DNA of 64,000 nt from Gammaproteobacteria bacterium (GTDB lineage: Bacteria > Pseudomonadota > Gammaproteobacteria > JAADGQ01). The stretch's first letter is position 1. Each line of letters opens with the position of its first letter. Position numbers and translations under genes: made by a program. The notes below the pieces were generated by a model, which saw only the letters and a list, made by a program, of their open reading frames with translations, did no database searches and was not told where the DNA came from. Shown here piece after piece: positions 18,301-26,790 of the stretch. Location: assembly GCA_021648145.1 (NCBI GenBank), contig JAKITI010000005.1, positions 82,427 through 146,426 of the forward strand. Reading direction: 5' to 3'.

Positions 18301-19598
18301 ACAGTACGCTGAGCCTGTTTCTGTTGCTAGCGGTACCGTGCTTACCACTGTTACTGGCATTTCCAGCACTACGCTCGCGCCTCACCTGGCCTTGCCATAT
18401 CGCCCTTTTACCGGTGCTTATTCTTGTGGTTATCCCGGTGGATATTTCCATTGATCTGCCCTGGCTGTTGCTTGGCACTGGACTTGCTATAGACAATGCG
18501 TCCCGAATGTTACTGGTGATGTCACTGCTACTTTGGGCGGTTGCCGCGACTCTTTTACATCGATCCAAAAAGAGACCTGAGGACGGTTATCGCGCGACCT
18601 TTTTTTTGCTCACCCTAGCGGGTAATCTGGGAGCGATTCTGGCGACTGATCTGGTCAGTTTTTTCGCACTTTCAACACTGATGGGGTACGGATTTTTTGG
18701 CCTGCTAGTAACAGCAGGCGGCAAAGGGTCAAAGCGAGCCACACGAGTCTACCTGGCATTCCTGATTTTGGCGGATCTGGCACTATTTGAAGCATTGTTG
18801 ATCGCCGCTGCAACGAGCGACGGAGATCTGGGCTTCGCCGCAGTGCGCCAGACAATGGCCGAGTCGCCCTCCTCGGGCTTGTATCTGTTGATGGTGCTCA
18901 CCGCTTTTGCGGCCAAGGCTGCCATCTGGCCGTTGCATGTCTGGTTGCCGTTGGCCTTTCGTGCTGCCCAGCCGGGAGTGGCTCTGCTGCTGGGCACTGT
19001 TCCCGTGGCTATCGGGCTGCTTGGGCTTGTACGCTGGCTGCCGCTTGGCGAGATTGCCTTGCCTGGGCTGGGGTTGATCATCCAGGGGCTGGGCATAGCG
19101 GCAGTGCTCTACGCCATTCTGGCGGGGGTAAAGCAGGCTCAGATAAAGATGTTACCCGCCTATGCTTCCATTGTTGCCACGGGGTTATATCTCACCGCCC
19201 TAGGAGTGGGGCTGGCCGATCCTGTGATGTGGGATCGTTACGGATATCTGGCGCACTATTTCATTGTTTTTCTGGGACTTGGATTGGCTGCACTGACCGC
19301 TGGCATCGGCTGGCTGGAGGCGAGAAAGCCATTTTCTGTTGCTCCAGAAAAACAGGAAGACAACTCGACTCAGTGGTTTGAACGCTGGCCTGGTGCACTC
19401 CTGTGTTGGGGCAAGCAGATGGGGTTTAACACCTTGCCTCAATTGCGTGCTGCATGGCTGGCTAAAGTGGGGCAGCTCTGGCAATTCCGTGTATGGCAAA
19501 AGATGTTGGCCGATAGCGAGTATTCCCTGCAACACTGGACTGTTGCAATCACCCTGTTTCTGTTGTTGGCGATTGTAATCACGTTTATCGCCAAATGA
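18297..19598 (+). CDS. Antiporter-like subunit 3: a degenerate Proton_antipo_M-type protein with a C-terminal amphipathic helix and a terminal TM anchor
   Basis: ATG 18297 overlaps the upstream stop (ATGA). AAKAAIWPLHVWLPLAF retains the TM7 Lys/WLP motif. The TM5 position reads SFFALSTLMG, with no Glu. I found no equivalents of the TM8 and TM12 Lys. The tail is ...WFERWPGALLCWGKQMGFNTLPQLRAAWLAKVGQLWQFRVWQKML...WTVAITLFLLLAIVITFIAK. Confidence 0.7.
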   Translation: MNSTLSLFLLLAVPCLPLLLAFPALRSRLTWPCHIALLPVLILVVIPVDISIDLPWLLLGTGLAIDNASRMLLVMSLLLWAVAATLLHRSKKRPEDGYRATFFLLTLAGNLGAILATDLVSFFALSTLMGYGFFGLLVTAGGKGSKRATRVYLAFLILADLALFEALLIAAATSDGDLGFAAVRQTMAESPSSGLYLLMVLTAFAAKAAIWPLHVWLPLAFRAAQPGVALLLGTVPVAIGLLGLVRWLPLGEIALPGLGLIIQGLGIAAVLYAILAGVKQAQIKMLPAYASIVATGLYLTALGVGLADPVMWDRYGYLAHYFIVFLGLGLAALTAGIGWLEARKPFSVAPEKQEDNSTQWFERWPGALLCWGKQMGFNTLPQLRAAWLAKVGQLWQFRVWQKMLADSEYSLQHWTVAITLFLLLAIVITFIAK

Positions 19599-19660
19599 GC
19601 ACTCACTGGAAACGTTGAATCACCCTGTATCCGTAGACACCTTGGTATATTGGATTATTT

Positions 19661-20281
19661 TTAATTTTTTAACCGGATAGTAGTGGCATTCCACAGTGAA
19701 CTTATCGCTGCAATACCTCGCATTCCGTAGTGATGAGCGTCGTCAAGATCATTGAGGCTCATTCCTCCCAAAGCATATACGGGCATATTTGCGATACGAC
19801 AGAGCCGCTCCGCTTCAAGCCAGCCTAAAACCTCACCATTCGGATGAGAGTTTGTATCTTTGATCGGTGATAGCACAATAAAATCAATACCCATCTGATT
19901 GGCTTTTTCGATCTGCTCAGAATTATGGCAAGAAGCCGCCAACCGCTGCCCATGCATTTCAGGTCGTGTTGATAAAGACATGAGCTGAGTGCTCGTTAAA
20001 TGCATTCCAGCCAACTCTGGTAGATAAGTTGAATTAAATAACAATACAGCATCATACTGATCACAAAGCAGCGCTACTTTTTCAGCGAGCACAGCATACT
20101 CATCTGGCATGACTGTTTTTGCTCGAAATTGCACCAAGCGAACCCCCTTTTTCAGGCAACCCGCTAGAGTCTGAAGATATAAATTGTATGGATCAGTCGG
20201 CTCGGGCGTAATCAGGTAGCATTCAGGCAAAATAATCGACGTAATAGCCAACCGATATTTCCTGTATGTTATTTTGGGCAT
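19661..20281 (-). CDS. thiE: Thiamine-phosphate synthase
   Basis: ...CYLITPEP...GVRLVQFRAK...DFIVLSPIKDTNSHP...VYALGGMSLNDL...GIAAISSLW. The start could instead be TTG 20230, which overlaps the stop of the upstream small ORF. Confidence 0.85.
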   Translation of the reverse strand: MPKITYRKYRLAITSIILPECYLITPEPTDPYNLYLQTLAGCLKKGVRLVQFRAKTVMPDEYAVLAEKVALLCDQYDAVLLFNSTYLPELAGMHLTSTQLMSLSTRPEMHGQRLAASCHNSEQIEKANQMGIDFIVLSPIKDTNSHPNGEVLGWLEAERLCRIANMPVYALGGMSLNDLDDAHHYGMRGIAAISSLWNATTIRLKN

Positions 20282-20498
20282 ACTGCAGATAGCGACTCAC
20301 CTTGTCGCCTGAAGCCATAGAAGCTGAACTGTATAAAGGGTCTGACGATGCCTGCTTACTAAGTACCTCACCCTCTACCACCTGCTCATATTGCACAGGC
20401 GGTGTGTTCAAAGGTATAGGCGCGCGCGATTCACTTGGCCTGTGTGAAGCCACCATACCAGAAGCGTATGACTGAACAACTGAACCAGAAACGTTCAA
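20223..20498 (-). CDS. Hypothetical 91-aa protein (weak call)
   Basis: The ORF lies between the yfaZ-like gene and thiE on the same strand. Its stop would overlap a possible TTG start of thiE by 8 nt. The Ser/Gln/Tyr-rich composition has no recognisable motif. Confidence 0.3.
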   Translation of the reverse strand: MNVSGSVVQSYASGMVASHRPSESRAPIPLNTPPVQYEQVVEGEVLSKQASSDPLYSSASMASGDKVSRYLQYAQNNIQEISVGYYVDYFA

Positions 20499-20516
20499 AA
20501 AACAGACCCAGATTTA

Positions 20517-21080
20517 TTAAAAAGAAAATTTAAGACCAAAGTGCCCAGTCGAATCAATTGTGGCATTGTTTCCATTAATTTTTGTTGTCATTCTGCGGTA
20601 CCCTACATAGACCGATGCTTGTGGCAACACACCATATTCAACAGTCACTTTATATGCAAGAAACCGATCAGCATCCATAAATGATACAATATCAGGGGCA
20701 TAATTTAGCTGCCCTGTCACCCCAAAGCGATCCAGCGTTGGAGGTGAGTAACGTACCGTAACACCTGGCGCTAAAGCAGCAATATCAACGTTGTCGGGGA
20801 ATGTTGCGAAAAGCTTGAGCCCAACCCCAAGAAACAAGCCAGGCGCATTCGCTCCCACCTCATCAATCACCTGAATTCCCAGATTGCCAACTACGTCATC
20901 ATCTTCGGTATACAAAAACCCAATATTAAACTCCGCGTTACCTGGCTGGGTTTTTTGCAGCAAGGTACTGTAGTCCAGAGTTGCACTGTCATTGCTTAAT
21001 GCCAGATCAATAGTGCCTGCACCCACAACAGAGCAAAAGCCCAGCAAAGACACTCCAGCCAAAACACTCAACTTTTTCAT
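20517..21080 (-). CDS. Small outer-membrane beta-barrel protein, YfaZ-like
   Basis: Has a signal peptide (MKKLSVLAGVSLLGFCSVVGAG), an alternating beta-strand pattern and a C-terminal ...HFGLKFSF aromatic terminus. Confidence 0.5.
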   Translation of the reverse strand: MKKLSVLAGVSLLGFCSVVGAGTIDLALSNDSATLDYSTLLQKTQPGNAEFNIGFLYTEDDDVVGNLGIQVIDEVGANAPGLFLGVGLKLFATFPDNVDIAALAPGVTVRYSPPTLDRFGVTGQLNYAPDIVSFMDADRFLAYKVTVEYGVLPQASVYVGYRRMTTKINGNNATIDSTGHFGLKFSF

Positions 21081-21205
21081 CCGACATCCCTCTATAAATT
21101 ATTTATACTTAAACAAGCGCAGAATAAGTCTTTTATCAACACCATGCAATGCCAAGGAGCTTCTTTAGCTTGCACCGCTCATCGTGGTACACGATACTGT
21201 CAAGT

Positions 21206-21769
21206 ATGAATGATACAAATAACCTGACCAACCAGTTCCTTATTGCAATGCCCACGTTGCTTGATCCCAACTTTTATCACAGCGTCATCTACATCTGTGA
21301 ACACAACAGTCATGGCACCATGGGCATTATTATCAATCATCCTCTCGATATGGCTCTGGGCGATATTTTGACACAAATGGACATCGCCGCTGTCAATGAT
21401 GGCATCAAGCAAATGCCTATCTATCATGGTGGCCCCGTTCAAGTTGAGCGTGGCTTCGTTTTACATCGCCCTTCAAGCGATTGGGATGCTGAAAGTAAAG
21501 TTGCCGATGATATCGCTATCACAACATCTCGCGATATCCTGATCGCTTTAGCCAAAGGCGAAGGACCCGATGATGCACTGATTGCTCTCGGTTATGCGGC
21601 ATGGGAGCCAGGGCAGCTTGAGCAAGAGATTGCTGAAAATTCCTGGTTAACCTGCAACGCCAACCCTGCAATTATTTTTGATACTCCCAATCAAAAGCGC
21701 TGGTCAGATGCCGCTACATCAATTGGCTTCAAACTGGAACAGCTCACTCACCAGGTCGGCCATGCCTAA
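21206..21769 (+). CDS. yqgE: YqgE/AlgH family protein (UPF0301)
   Basis: MNDTNNLTNQFLIAMPTLLDPNFYHSVIYICEHNSHGTMGIIINHP... is the canonical family N-terminus. Confidence 0.9.
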   Translation: MNDTNNLTNQFLIAMPTLLDPNFYHSVIYICEHNSHGTMGIIINHPLDMALGDILTQMDIAAVNDGIKQMPIYHGGPVQVERGFVLHRPSSDWDAESKVADDIAITTSRDILIALAKGEGPDDALIALGYAAWEPGQLEQEIAENSWLTCNANPAIIFDTPNQKRWSDAATSIGFKLEQLTHQVGHA

Positions 21770-22217
21770 CCCAAAACCGAATCATTCACAAAAATTGGGT
21801 TGCCGTACACTATTAGGGTTTGACTTTGGCACTCAAAAAATTGGAGTGGCAGTGGGTCAAGAACTCACCGGAACAGCGAGACCATTGCAAGTTGTACGAG
21901 TTGTCAATTTGAGACCCGACTGGTCGATGATTACGGAAATTTTTAATACATGGAAACCCGATGCCGCTGTGGTCGGCATTCCTCTCAATATGGATGGTTC
22001 AGAGCAACCCATGACAGCATCGGCCCAGCGTTTTCAGAGGCAACTGGAAGGCCGTTACCAACTGCCCGTTTATGCCGCTGATGAACGCCTCACCTCTCGA
22101 GAGGCAGAAAGCATTTTATATGCCGGTGGAAAACGTGGCAAAGTTCAAGCAGGTGAACTCGACCCTATAGCGGCTCAACTTATCTTAGAAACCTGGCTGC
22201 AAGATTATAATAAATAA
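21762..22217 (+). CDS. ruvX: Holliday-junction resolvase-like RuvX (YqgF)
   Basis: ...RTLLGFDFGTQKIGVAVGQ...DAAVVGIPLNMDGSEQ...ADERLTSREAE. ATG 21762 overlaps the end of yqgE, the usual yqgE-yqgF pairing. Confidence 0.9.
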   Translation: MPNPKPNHSQKLGCRTLLGFDFGTQKIGVAVGQELTGTARPLQVVRVVNLRPDWSMITEIFNTWKPDAAVVGIPLNMDGSEQPMTASAQRFQRQLEGRYQLPVYAADERLTSREAESILYAGGKRGKVQAGELDPIAAQLILETWLQDYNK

Positions 22218-22232
22218 CAAGACACTATATAA

Positions 22233-22739
22233 ATGACTCATACTCAGGCAGAAACAACAGTTTTAATCTCCAACATAAGCCGTGAACTTAAAGTACGCAT
22301 TGACGCAGGAGAGCTATGCAACCCTGCAATGATAGGAATTCATACAGGTGGCACATGGGTTGCGATGCGCATTCACCAACAACTTGAGCTCGAAACCCCA
22401 TTAGGTGAACTGAACATCTCTTTTTATCGTGATGATTTTTCACGAAAAGGAATGCAACCACAAGTCAGCCCATCCCACCTCCCCTTTAAAGTGGATGATC
22501 GCCATATTATTCTGGTGGATGATGTGCTCTATACAGGTCGCACCATTCGCGCTGCACTGAATGAAATTTTTGATTATGGCCGCCCTGCCACCATCACTTT
22601 AGTTGTGCTTGCAATGCGAGATGGACGTGAATTACCGATTCAGGCCGATGTTGTTGGCAGCCATTTTGAGTTAGAATCTCATCAACAAATAAAACTGCAA
22701 GGCCCTGATCCTTTAAGTTTACGCATTATGGATATATAA
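22233..22739 (+). CDS. pyrR: PyrR, bifunctional pyrimidine operon regulator / uracil phosphoribosyltransferase
   Basis: Has the PRPP-binding loop HIILVDDVLYTGRTIRAAL. It is 168 aa and lies upstream of pyrB. Confidence 0.9.
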   Translation: MTHTQAETTVLISNISRELKVRIDAGELCNPAMIGIHTGGTWVAMRIHQQLELETPLGELNISFYRDDFSRKGMQPQVSPSHLPFKVDDRHIILVDDVLYTGRTIRAALNEIFDYGRPATITLVVLAMRDGRELPIQADVVGSHFELESHQQIKLQGPDPLSLRIMDI

Positions 22740-22753
22740 GGAGCTGATTCACT

Positions 22754-23749
22754 ATGAATACCAGGGATGACATCCCGCTTTTTGCGAGCTCTCCGACCAA
22801 TATTCAAGTCGATAATAAAGGTCGATTACGCCATTTTTTATCCATAGAAGGTCTCAAGAAAAAAGTTCTTTGTGACATTCTTGATACTGCAGAATCTTTT
22901 TCCAGTGTTCCCGAACAAAGTATTAAAAAAGTCCCTTTACTGAGGGGTAAAACGATTGTTAATCTATTTTTTGAAAACAGTACTCGCACCCGAACAACGT
23001 TTGAATTAGCCGCCAAACGACTCTCTGCTGATGTGATTAATCTTAACATTACCACCTCAGCCGCCAGCAAAGGTGAGTCGCTGCTGGATACATTGCATAA
23101 CCTGGAAGCCATGCACAGTGATATGTTTGTAGTACGTCATGCCCTGAGTGGCGCGGCTCACTTTATTGCTCAGCATGTATCGCCAAACATAAGCGTCATC
23201 AATGCGGGTGATGGCCAACATGCTCACCCCACACAAGCACTGCTCGACATGTTCACTATCAGGCGGCACAAAGGTGAATTTGGTGCATTGAAAGTGGCTA
23301 TTGTGGGTGATATTTTACACTCTCGTGTCGCACGTTCGCAAATTCAGGCGCTGACCACACTAGGAACCAATGAAGTGCGCATTATTGCCCCTAAAACTCT
23401 CATCCCTGCACATGCGACAACCCTCGGTGTTCATATTTACCACGACCTGAAAGAGGGTTTGCGAGGCGTTGACGTTGTGATAATGCTGCGCCTTCAGAGT
23501 GAACGAATGCAAGGCGCGCTTCTTCCCAGCGAACATGAGTATTTCCACCTATTTGGCTTGACGGAAGAAAAACTGGATGTCGCCAAATCGGATGCCATCG
23601 TAATGCATCCTGGCCCCATCAATCGTGGCGTTGAAATGGATTCAGCCGTTGCCGACGGTGTGCGTTCAGTGATTCTTGAGCAGGTCACTCATGGAATTTC
23701 AGTCCGCATGGCGGTGATGTCGATGGCCATGCAGCAGGGAGAAAATTGA
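22754..23749 (+). CDS. pyrB: Aspartate carbamoyltransferase catalytic subunit
   Basis: Carries [27 protein letters not shown] and HPGPINRG motifs. Confidence 0.95.
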   Translation: MNTRDDIPLFASSPTNIQVDNKGRLRHFLSIEGLKKKVLCDILDTAESFSSVPEQSIKKVPLLRGKTIVNLFFENSTRTRTTFELAAKRLSADVINLNITTSAASKGESLLDTLHNLEAMHSDMFVVRHALSGAAHFIAQHVSPNISVINAGDGQHAHPTQALLDMFTIRRHKGEFGALKVAIVGDILHSRVARSQIQALTTLGTNEVRIIAPKTLIPAHATTLGVHIYHDLKEGLRGVDVVIMLRLQSERMQGALLPSEHEYFHLFGLTEEKLDVAKSDAIVMHPGPINRGVEMDSAVADGVRSVILEQVTHGISVRMAVMSMAMQQGEN

Positions 23750-25032
23750 TGAGCCGACTCTCTATTATTAATGGACGCTTGATTGACCCTGCCAACAATA
23801 TTGATGCCCCGCATGACATTCATATTAGCGATGGAAAAATTATTGCACTGGGTAATCCACCACAAGGCTTTAGCGCAGATCGTACTCTGGATGCCAGCAA
23901 CAAGATTGTTTGCCCAGGACTGATTGATCTACGTGCCGCAATGCGAGAGCCAGGGCTTGAGCATATCGCCACTATTGCCAGCGAAACGCGCGCGGCAGCC
24001 AGTGCAGGGATTACGACATTATGCTGCCCACCCGACACCCTACCCATTATCGACACGCCAGCCGTTGCCAACCTCATTCGCTATCAAGCCAACCAAGCAG
24101 GTTTCGCGCGAGTTTTACCATTAGGCGCACTGACCCAGTCGCTTATCGGTGAGCAGATTAGCGAAATGGTTGCTCTCAAAGAAGCAGGCTGCATTGGTGT
24201 CAGCAATGCGCTCAGCCCCATCACCAATACGCTCGTCATGCGTCGTGCAATGGAATATGCCGCCACTTATGATTTAACGGTATTTCTTCATGCCGAAGAT
24301 GCTTGGTTACGCAACGACGGCTGCGTCCATGAAGGTGCCATGAGTACCCGCTATGGTCTGCCAGGAATACCTGAAGCAGCGGAAACAGTCGCCGTTGCCC
24401 GCGACCTTGCACTCATTGAGCAAACAGGCGTACGCGCCCACTTTTGTGGTTTATCAACCGGACGCGCGGTACGCATGATTGGCCGAGCCCAACATGATGG
24501 CGTTAACGTCAGCGCCGATGTCACTGCACATCATTTACACTTGAGTGAAGTGGATACCGGCAAGTTCAACAGCATGTGCCACGTTCGCCCACCACTGCGC
24601 ACGGAGCGCGACCAAAGCAGTCTGCGAATGGGTTTAAAACAAGGAATAATCAGTGCCATTTGCTCTGACCATCAACCGCATAATGCGGATGCAAAGCTGG
24701 CTCCTTTCAGCGCCTCTGCTCATGGTATTTCTGCGTTGGAAACCTTGTTACCGTTGTCACTTAAATTGGTGGACGAGCTGCATTTATTGTCACTTTCAGA
24801 AGTGATCGCCAGCTTGACTCAGAAACCCGCCAGTATTCTTGGCATTGATGCAGGTACGCTCAGTATTGGTCAGACTGCAGACATCTGCATTTTTGACCCT
24901 GAACACGAATGGATATTGTCTGAAAACGCTGTGCAAAGTCAGGGTTTAAACTCCCCCTTTCTTGGCTGGGATCTGAAAGGCCGAGTATTTCACACTCTGC
25001 TGAATGGAAGAGTTGTTTTTGAACTTGAATAA
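23749..25032 (+). CDS. pyrC': Dihydroorotase-like protein, predicted non-catalytic (PyrC')
   Basis: Colinear with class I DHOase, but the first metal-binding motif reads IDLRAAMREPG instead of DxHxHxREPG. Its ATG overlaps the pyrB stop by 1 nt. This is the pyrR-pyrB-pyrC' order known from pseudomonads. Confidence 0.8.
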   Translation: MSRLSIINGRLIDPANNIDAPHDIHISDGKIIALGNPPQGFSADRTLDASNKIVCPGLIDLRAAMREPGLEHIATIASETRAAASAGITTLCCPPDTLPIIDTPAVANLIRYQANQAGFARVLPLGALTQSLIGEQISEMVALKEAGCIGVSNALSPITNTLVMRRAMEYAATYDLTVFLHAEDAWLRNDGCVHEGAMSTRYGLPGIPEAAETVAVARDLALIEQTGVRAHFCGLSTGRAVRMIGRAQHDGVNVSADVTAHHLHLSEVDTGKFNSMCHVRPPLRTERDQSSLRMGLKQGIISAICSDHQPHNADAKLAPFSASAHGISALETLLPLSLKLVDELHLLSLSEVIASLTQKPASILGIDAGTLSIGQTADICIFDPEHEWILSENAVQSQGLNSPFLGWDLKGRVFHTLLNGRVVFELE

Positions 25033-25050
25033 TAAAACCTCAAAAATTCC

Positions 25051-25782
25051 ATGACCGAATTTATCGAAAACGTCAAAATCCTCAAAAACCAAGCCAGCAC
25101 AAAAGCATCTAGCTACTGGTTTATTTTGACTGTTCATGCACCAAAAACAGCTCTGCATGTACTGCCTGGCCATTTTGTATTTATTAAAGATAAAATATCG
25201 TCGGTCATACCGGTCATGCTTGCCAATAAAAAGTCAGGCTATGTTGATCTGCTTTATCGTGTGACCGACACTCAAAACTCGTACCTGATCGAAAAAAAAC
25301 CAGGTGATACACTTAATTTGATATCGCCTATTAGAGAAGCTTTTGAATATCATGAAAGCCGCCCTCGCCCTCTGCTCATCAGTGATGACCAAGGTCTTGC
25401 ACCTATTATATTTTTAGCCTCAGAACTTCGCCTCAATAAAAATTGCAGGCCTTTTGTCATCATGAATTCAGAAACAACGTTTCCTTTCAGAGCGATACCC
25501 TCTCAATTTATGATCCCTGGCATTCCTGATGGCATCACCGCTGCGATGCCCCTGCTGGAAGATTGGAATATACCTTGTCGCCTAACGAGCCCACAAAACT
25601 TGCCTGGGTGTTTTGATGGAGATATTGTCGATCTTGCAAGGCAGTGGATTGAAGCACTGCCCACTGAGCAGCTCAATCAAATTGAAGTTTTTATCTGTGC
25701 TTTTCAGCCTATGTTGGAAAATATTATCCGGCTATGCGAACAATACAAACTACCTTGCCAAACATCATTCGCCCATACATAG
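25051..25782 (+). CDS. PyrK-like / ferredoxin-reductase-fold protein with degenerate cofactor motifs
   Basis: 243 aa with the FNR-like layout (PGHFVFIK, KPGDTLNLISPIREAF, RPLLISDDQGLAPIIFLASEL). The nucleotide-binding GGxGxxP is replaced by DDQGLAP. There is no C-terminal Cys cluster for a 2Fe-2S centre. Confidence 0.45.
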   Translation: MTEFIENVKILKNQASTKASSYWFILTVHAPKTALHVLPGHFVFIKDKISSVIPVMLANKKSGYVDLLYRVTDTQNSYLIEKKPGDTLNLISPIREAFEYHESRPRPLLISDDQGLAPIIFLASELRLNKNCRPFVIMNSETTFPFRAIPSQFMIPGIPDGITAAMPLLEDWNIPCRLTSPQNLPGCFDGDIVDLARQWIEALPTEQLNQIEVFICAFQPMLENIIRLCEQYKLPCQTSFAHT

Positions 25783-26663
25783 GCCGTTTTGCCCCATCCC
25801 CCACCGGCCCTCTACACTTCGGTTCACTAATTGCTGCCGTCGGCAGTTATCTTCAGGCCAGATGCAACAAGGGTCTATGGCACATACGCATTGAAGACAT
25901 TGACCCACCGCGTGAAGTCCCTGGTTCAGCTAGCTCTATTTTGTTTACCCTCGAAAAATATGGTTTTCAATGGGATGGCTCCGTACTCTATCAAAGCCAA
26001 CGTGGAGATTATTACCAAGCGGCATTGGATTCATTACTAGAAAATCAGCAAGCTTACCGCTGCACATGTTCACGCAAAATGATTCAAAAAATCGCCCTGC
26101 AAGGTAGAGAAGGGCTCATCTATCCAGGCACCTGTCGCCACGCCGAAAAAAAAACCGACAAGCAGTGCGCCATTCGTATTCGCTGTCACAACCGAGCCAC
26201 TGTATTTGATGATGCAGTGCAAGGACGAATCAGTCAGCACCTCGAAACTGAGGCGGGAGATTATGTAATATACCGTTCAGATGGTTATTGGGCCTACCAA
26301 CTGGCGGTCACCATTGATGATGCCGCACAAAAAATCAGCGAAGTCGTACGTGGCTCAGACCTGCTCTACTCCACACCCCGCCAAATTCACCTGCAACAAC
26401 AACTGAACTATCCAACACCTAACTACCTACACTTACCCATTGCCATTAATCAACAAGGTAAAAAGTTAAGCAAGCAGACTCGCGCGCCCGCACTTTCCGT
26501 AGACAACCCACTGCCCACTCTGATAAAAGTGCTTCAATTCTTAAACCAATCTCCCCCTGAAACACTACAAGATGCGACTTTGCATGAATTTTGGCTGTGG
26601 GCCATCCAGCACTGGCAGCCAGATATTATTCCCAAACAACAAAGCATCATCACAAATGATTAG
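25734..26663 (+). CDS. gluQ: tRNA glutamyl-Q(34) synthetase (GluQ-RS, YadB)
   Basis: ...YIGRFAPSPTGPLHFGSLIAAVGSYLQARCNKGLWHIRIEDIDPPREVPG... plus KLSKQ. It overlaps the previous ORF by 49 nt if the first ATG is used. Confidence 0.9.
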   Translation: MRTIQTTLPNIIRPYIGRFAPSPTGPLHFGSLIAAVGSYLQARCNKGLWHIRIEDIDPPREVPGSASSILFTLEKYGFQWDGSVLYQSQRGDYYQAALDSLLENQQAYRCTCSRKMIQKIALQGREGLIYPGTCRHAEKKTDKQCAIRIRCHNRATVFDDAVQGRISQHLETEAGDYVIYRSDGYWAYQLAVTIDDAAQKISEVVRGSDLLYSTPRQIHLQQQLNYPTPNYLHLPIAINQQGKKLSKQTRAPALSVDNPLPTLIKVLQFLNQSPPETLQDATLHEFWLWAIQHWQPDIIPKQQSIITND

Positions 26664-26700
26664 TACAAATTACGAAACACTCTATCACTCGCTACAGGAA
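26648..26700. repeat. Left copy of a 53-bp direct repeat (end of gluQ plus the first 15 codons of cmoB)
   Basis: catcacaaatgattagtacaaattacgaaacactctatcactCGctacaggaa recurs at 31518-31570 with 2 mismatches (TA in place of CG). Confidence 0.9.
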
Positions 26701-26790
26701 GTATTTACAATTCGAGTGAATCTAATCAGAGTAATCTCGGCTCGACCTATGCACAAAAATGAAAGAAAAAGTTATGAAAAATATTCCTGA
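26656..26790 (+). pseudogene. Chimeric remnant: cmoB codons 1-15 fused in frame to the C-terminal ~29 codons of a BrnT-type toxin
   Basis: Translation is MISTNYETLYHSLQE|VFTIRVNLIRVISARPMHKNERKSYEKYS*. The second part matches the BrnT C-terminal pattern (..IRIISARKAxKxERKxY). Its stop overlaps the brnA-like ATG at 26774. Confidence 0.55.

Noticed and set aside
13083-19578. About two dozen additional ORFs of 60-136 aa on both strands inside the Mrp block, e.g. 13083-13316(-), 14825-15235(-), 15118-15495(-), 16788-17114(+), 18749-19096(-) and 19200-19535(-).
   Set aside because: All overlap the colinear, motif-bearing antiporter genes. Their Arg/Pro/Ala/Gly-rich translations are typical of stop-poor alternative frames in high-GC DNA. 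None has a recognisable motif.
12894-19660. Search for att-like direct repeats, tRNA genes or recombinase genes at the edges of the GC-rich island.
   Set aside because: Only a trivial 7-8-nt match (TTGGATT) occurs near both edges. No tRNA-like or integrase-like sequence was seen, so no mobile-element call is made.
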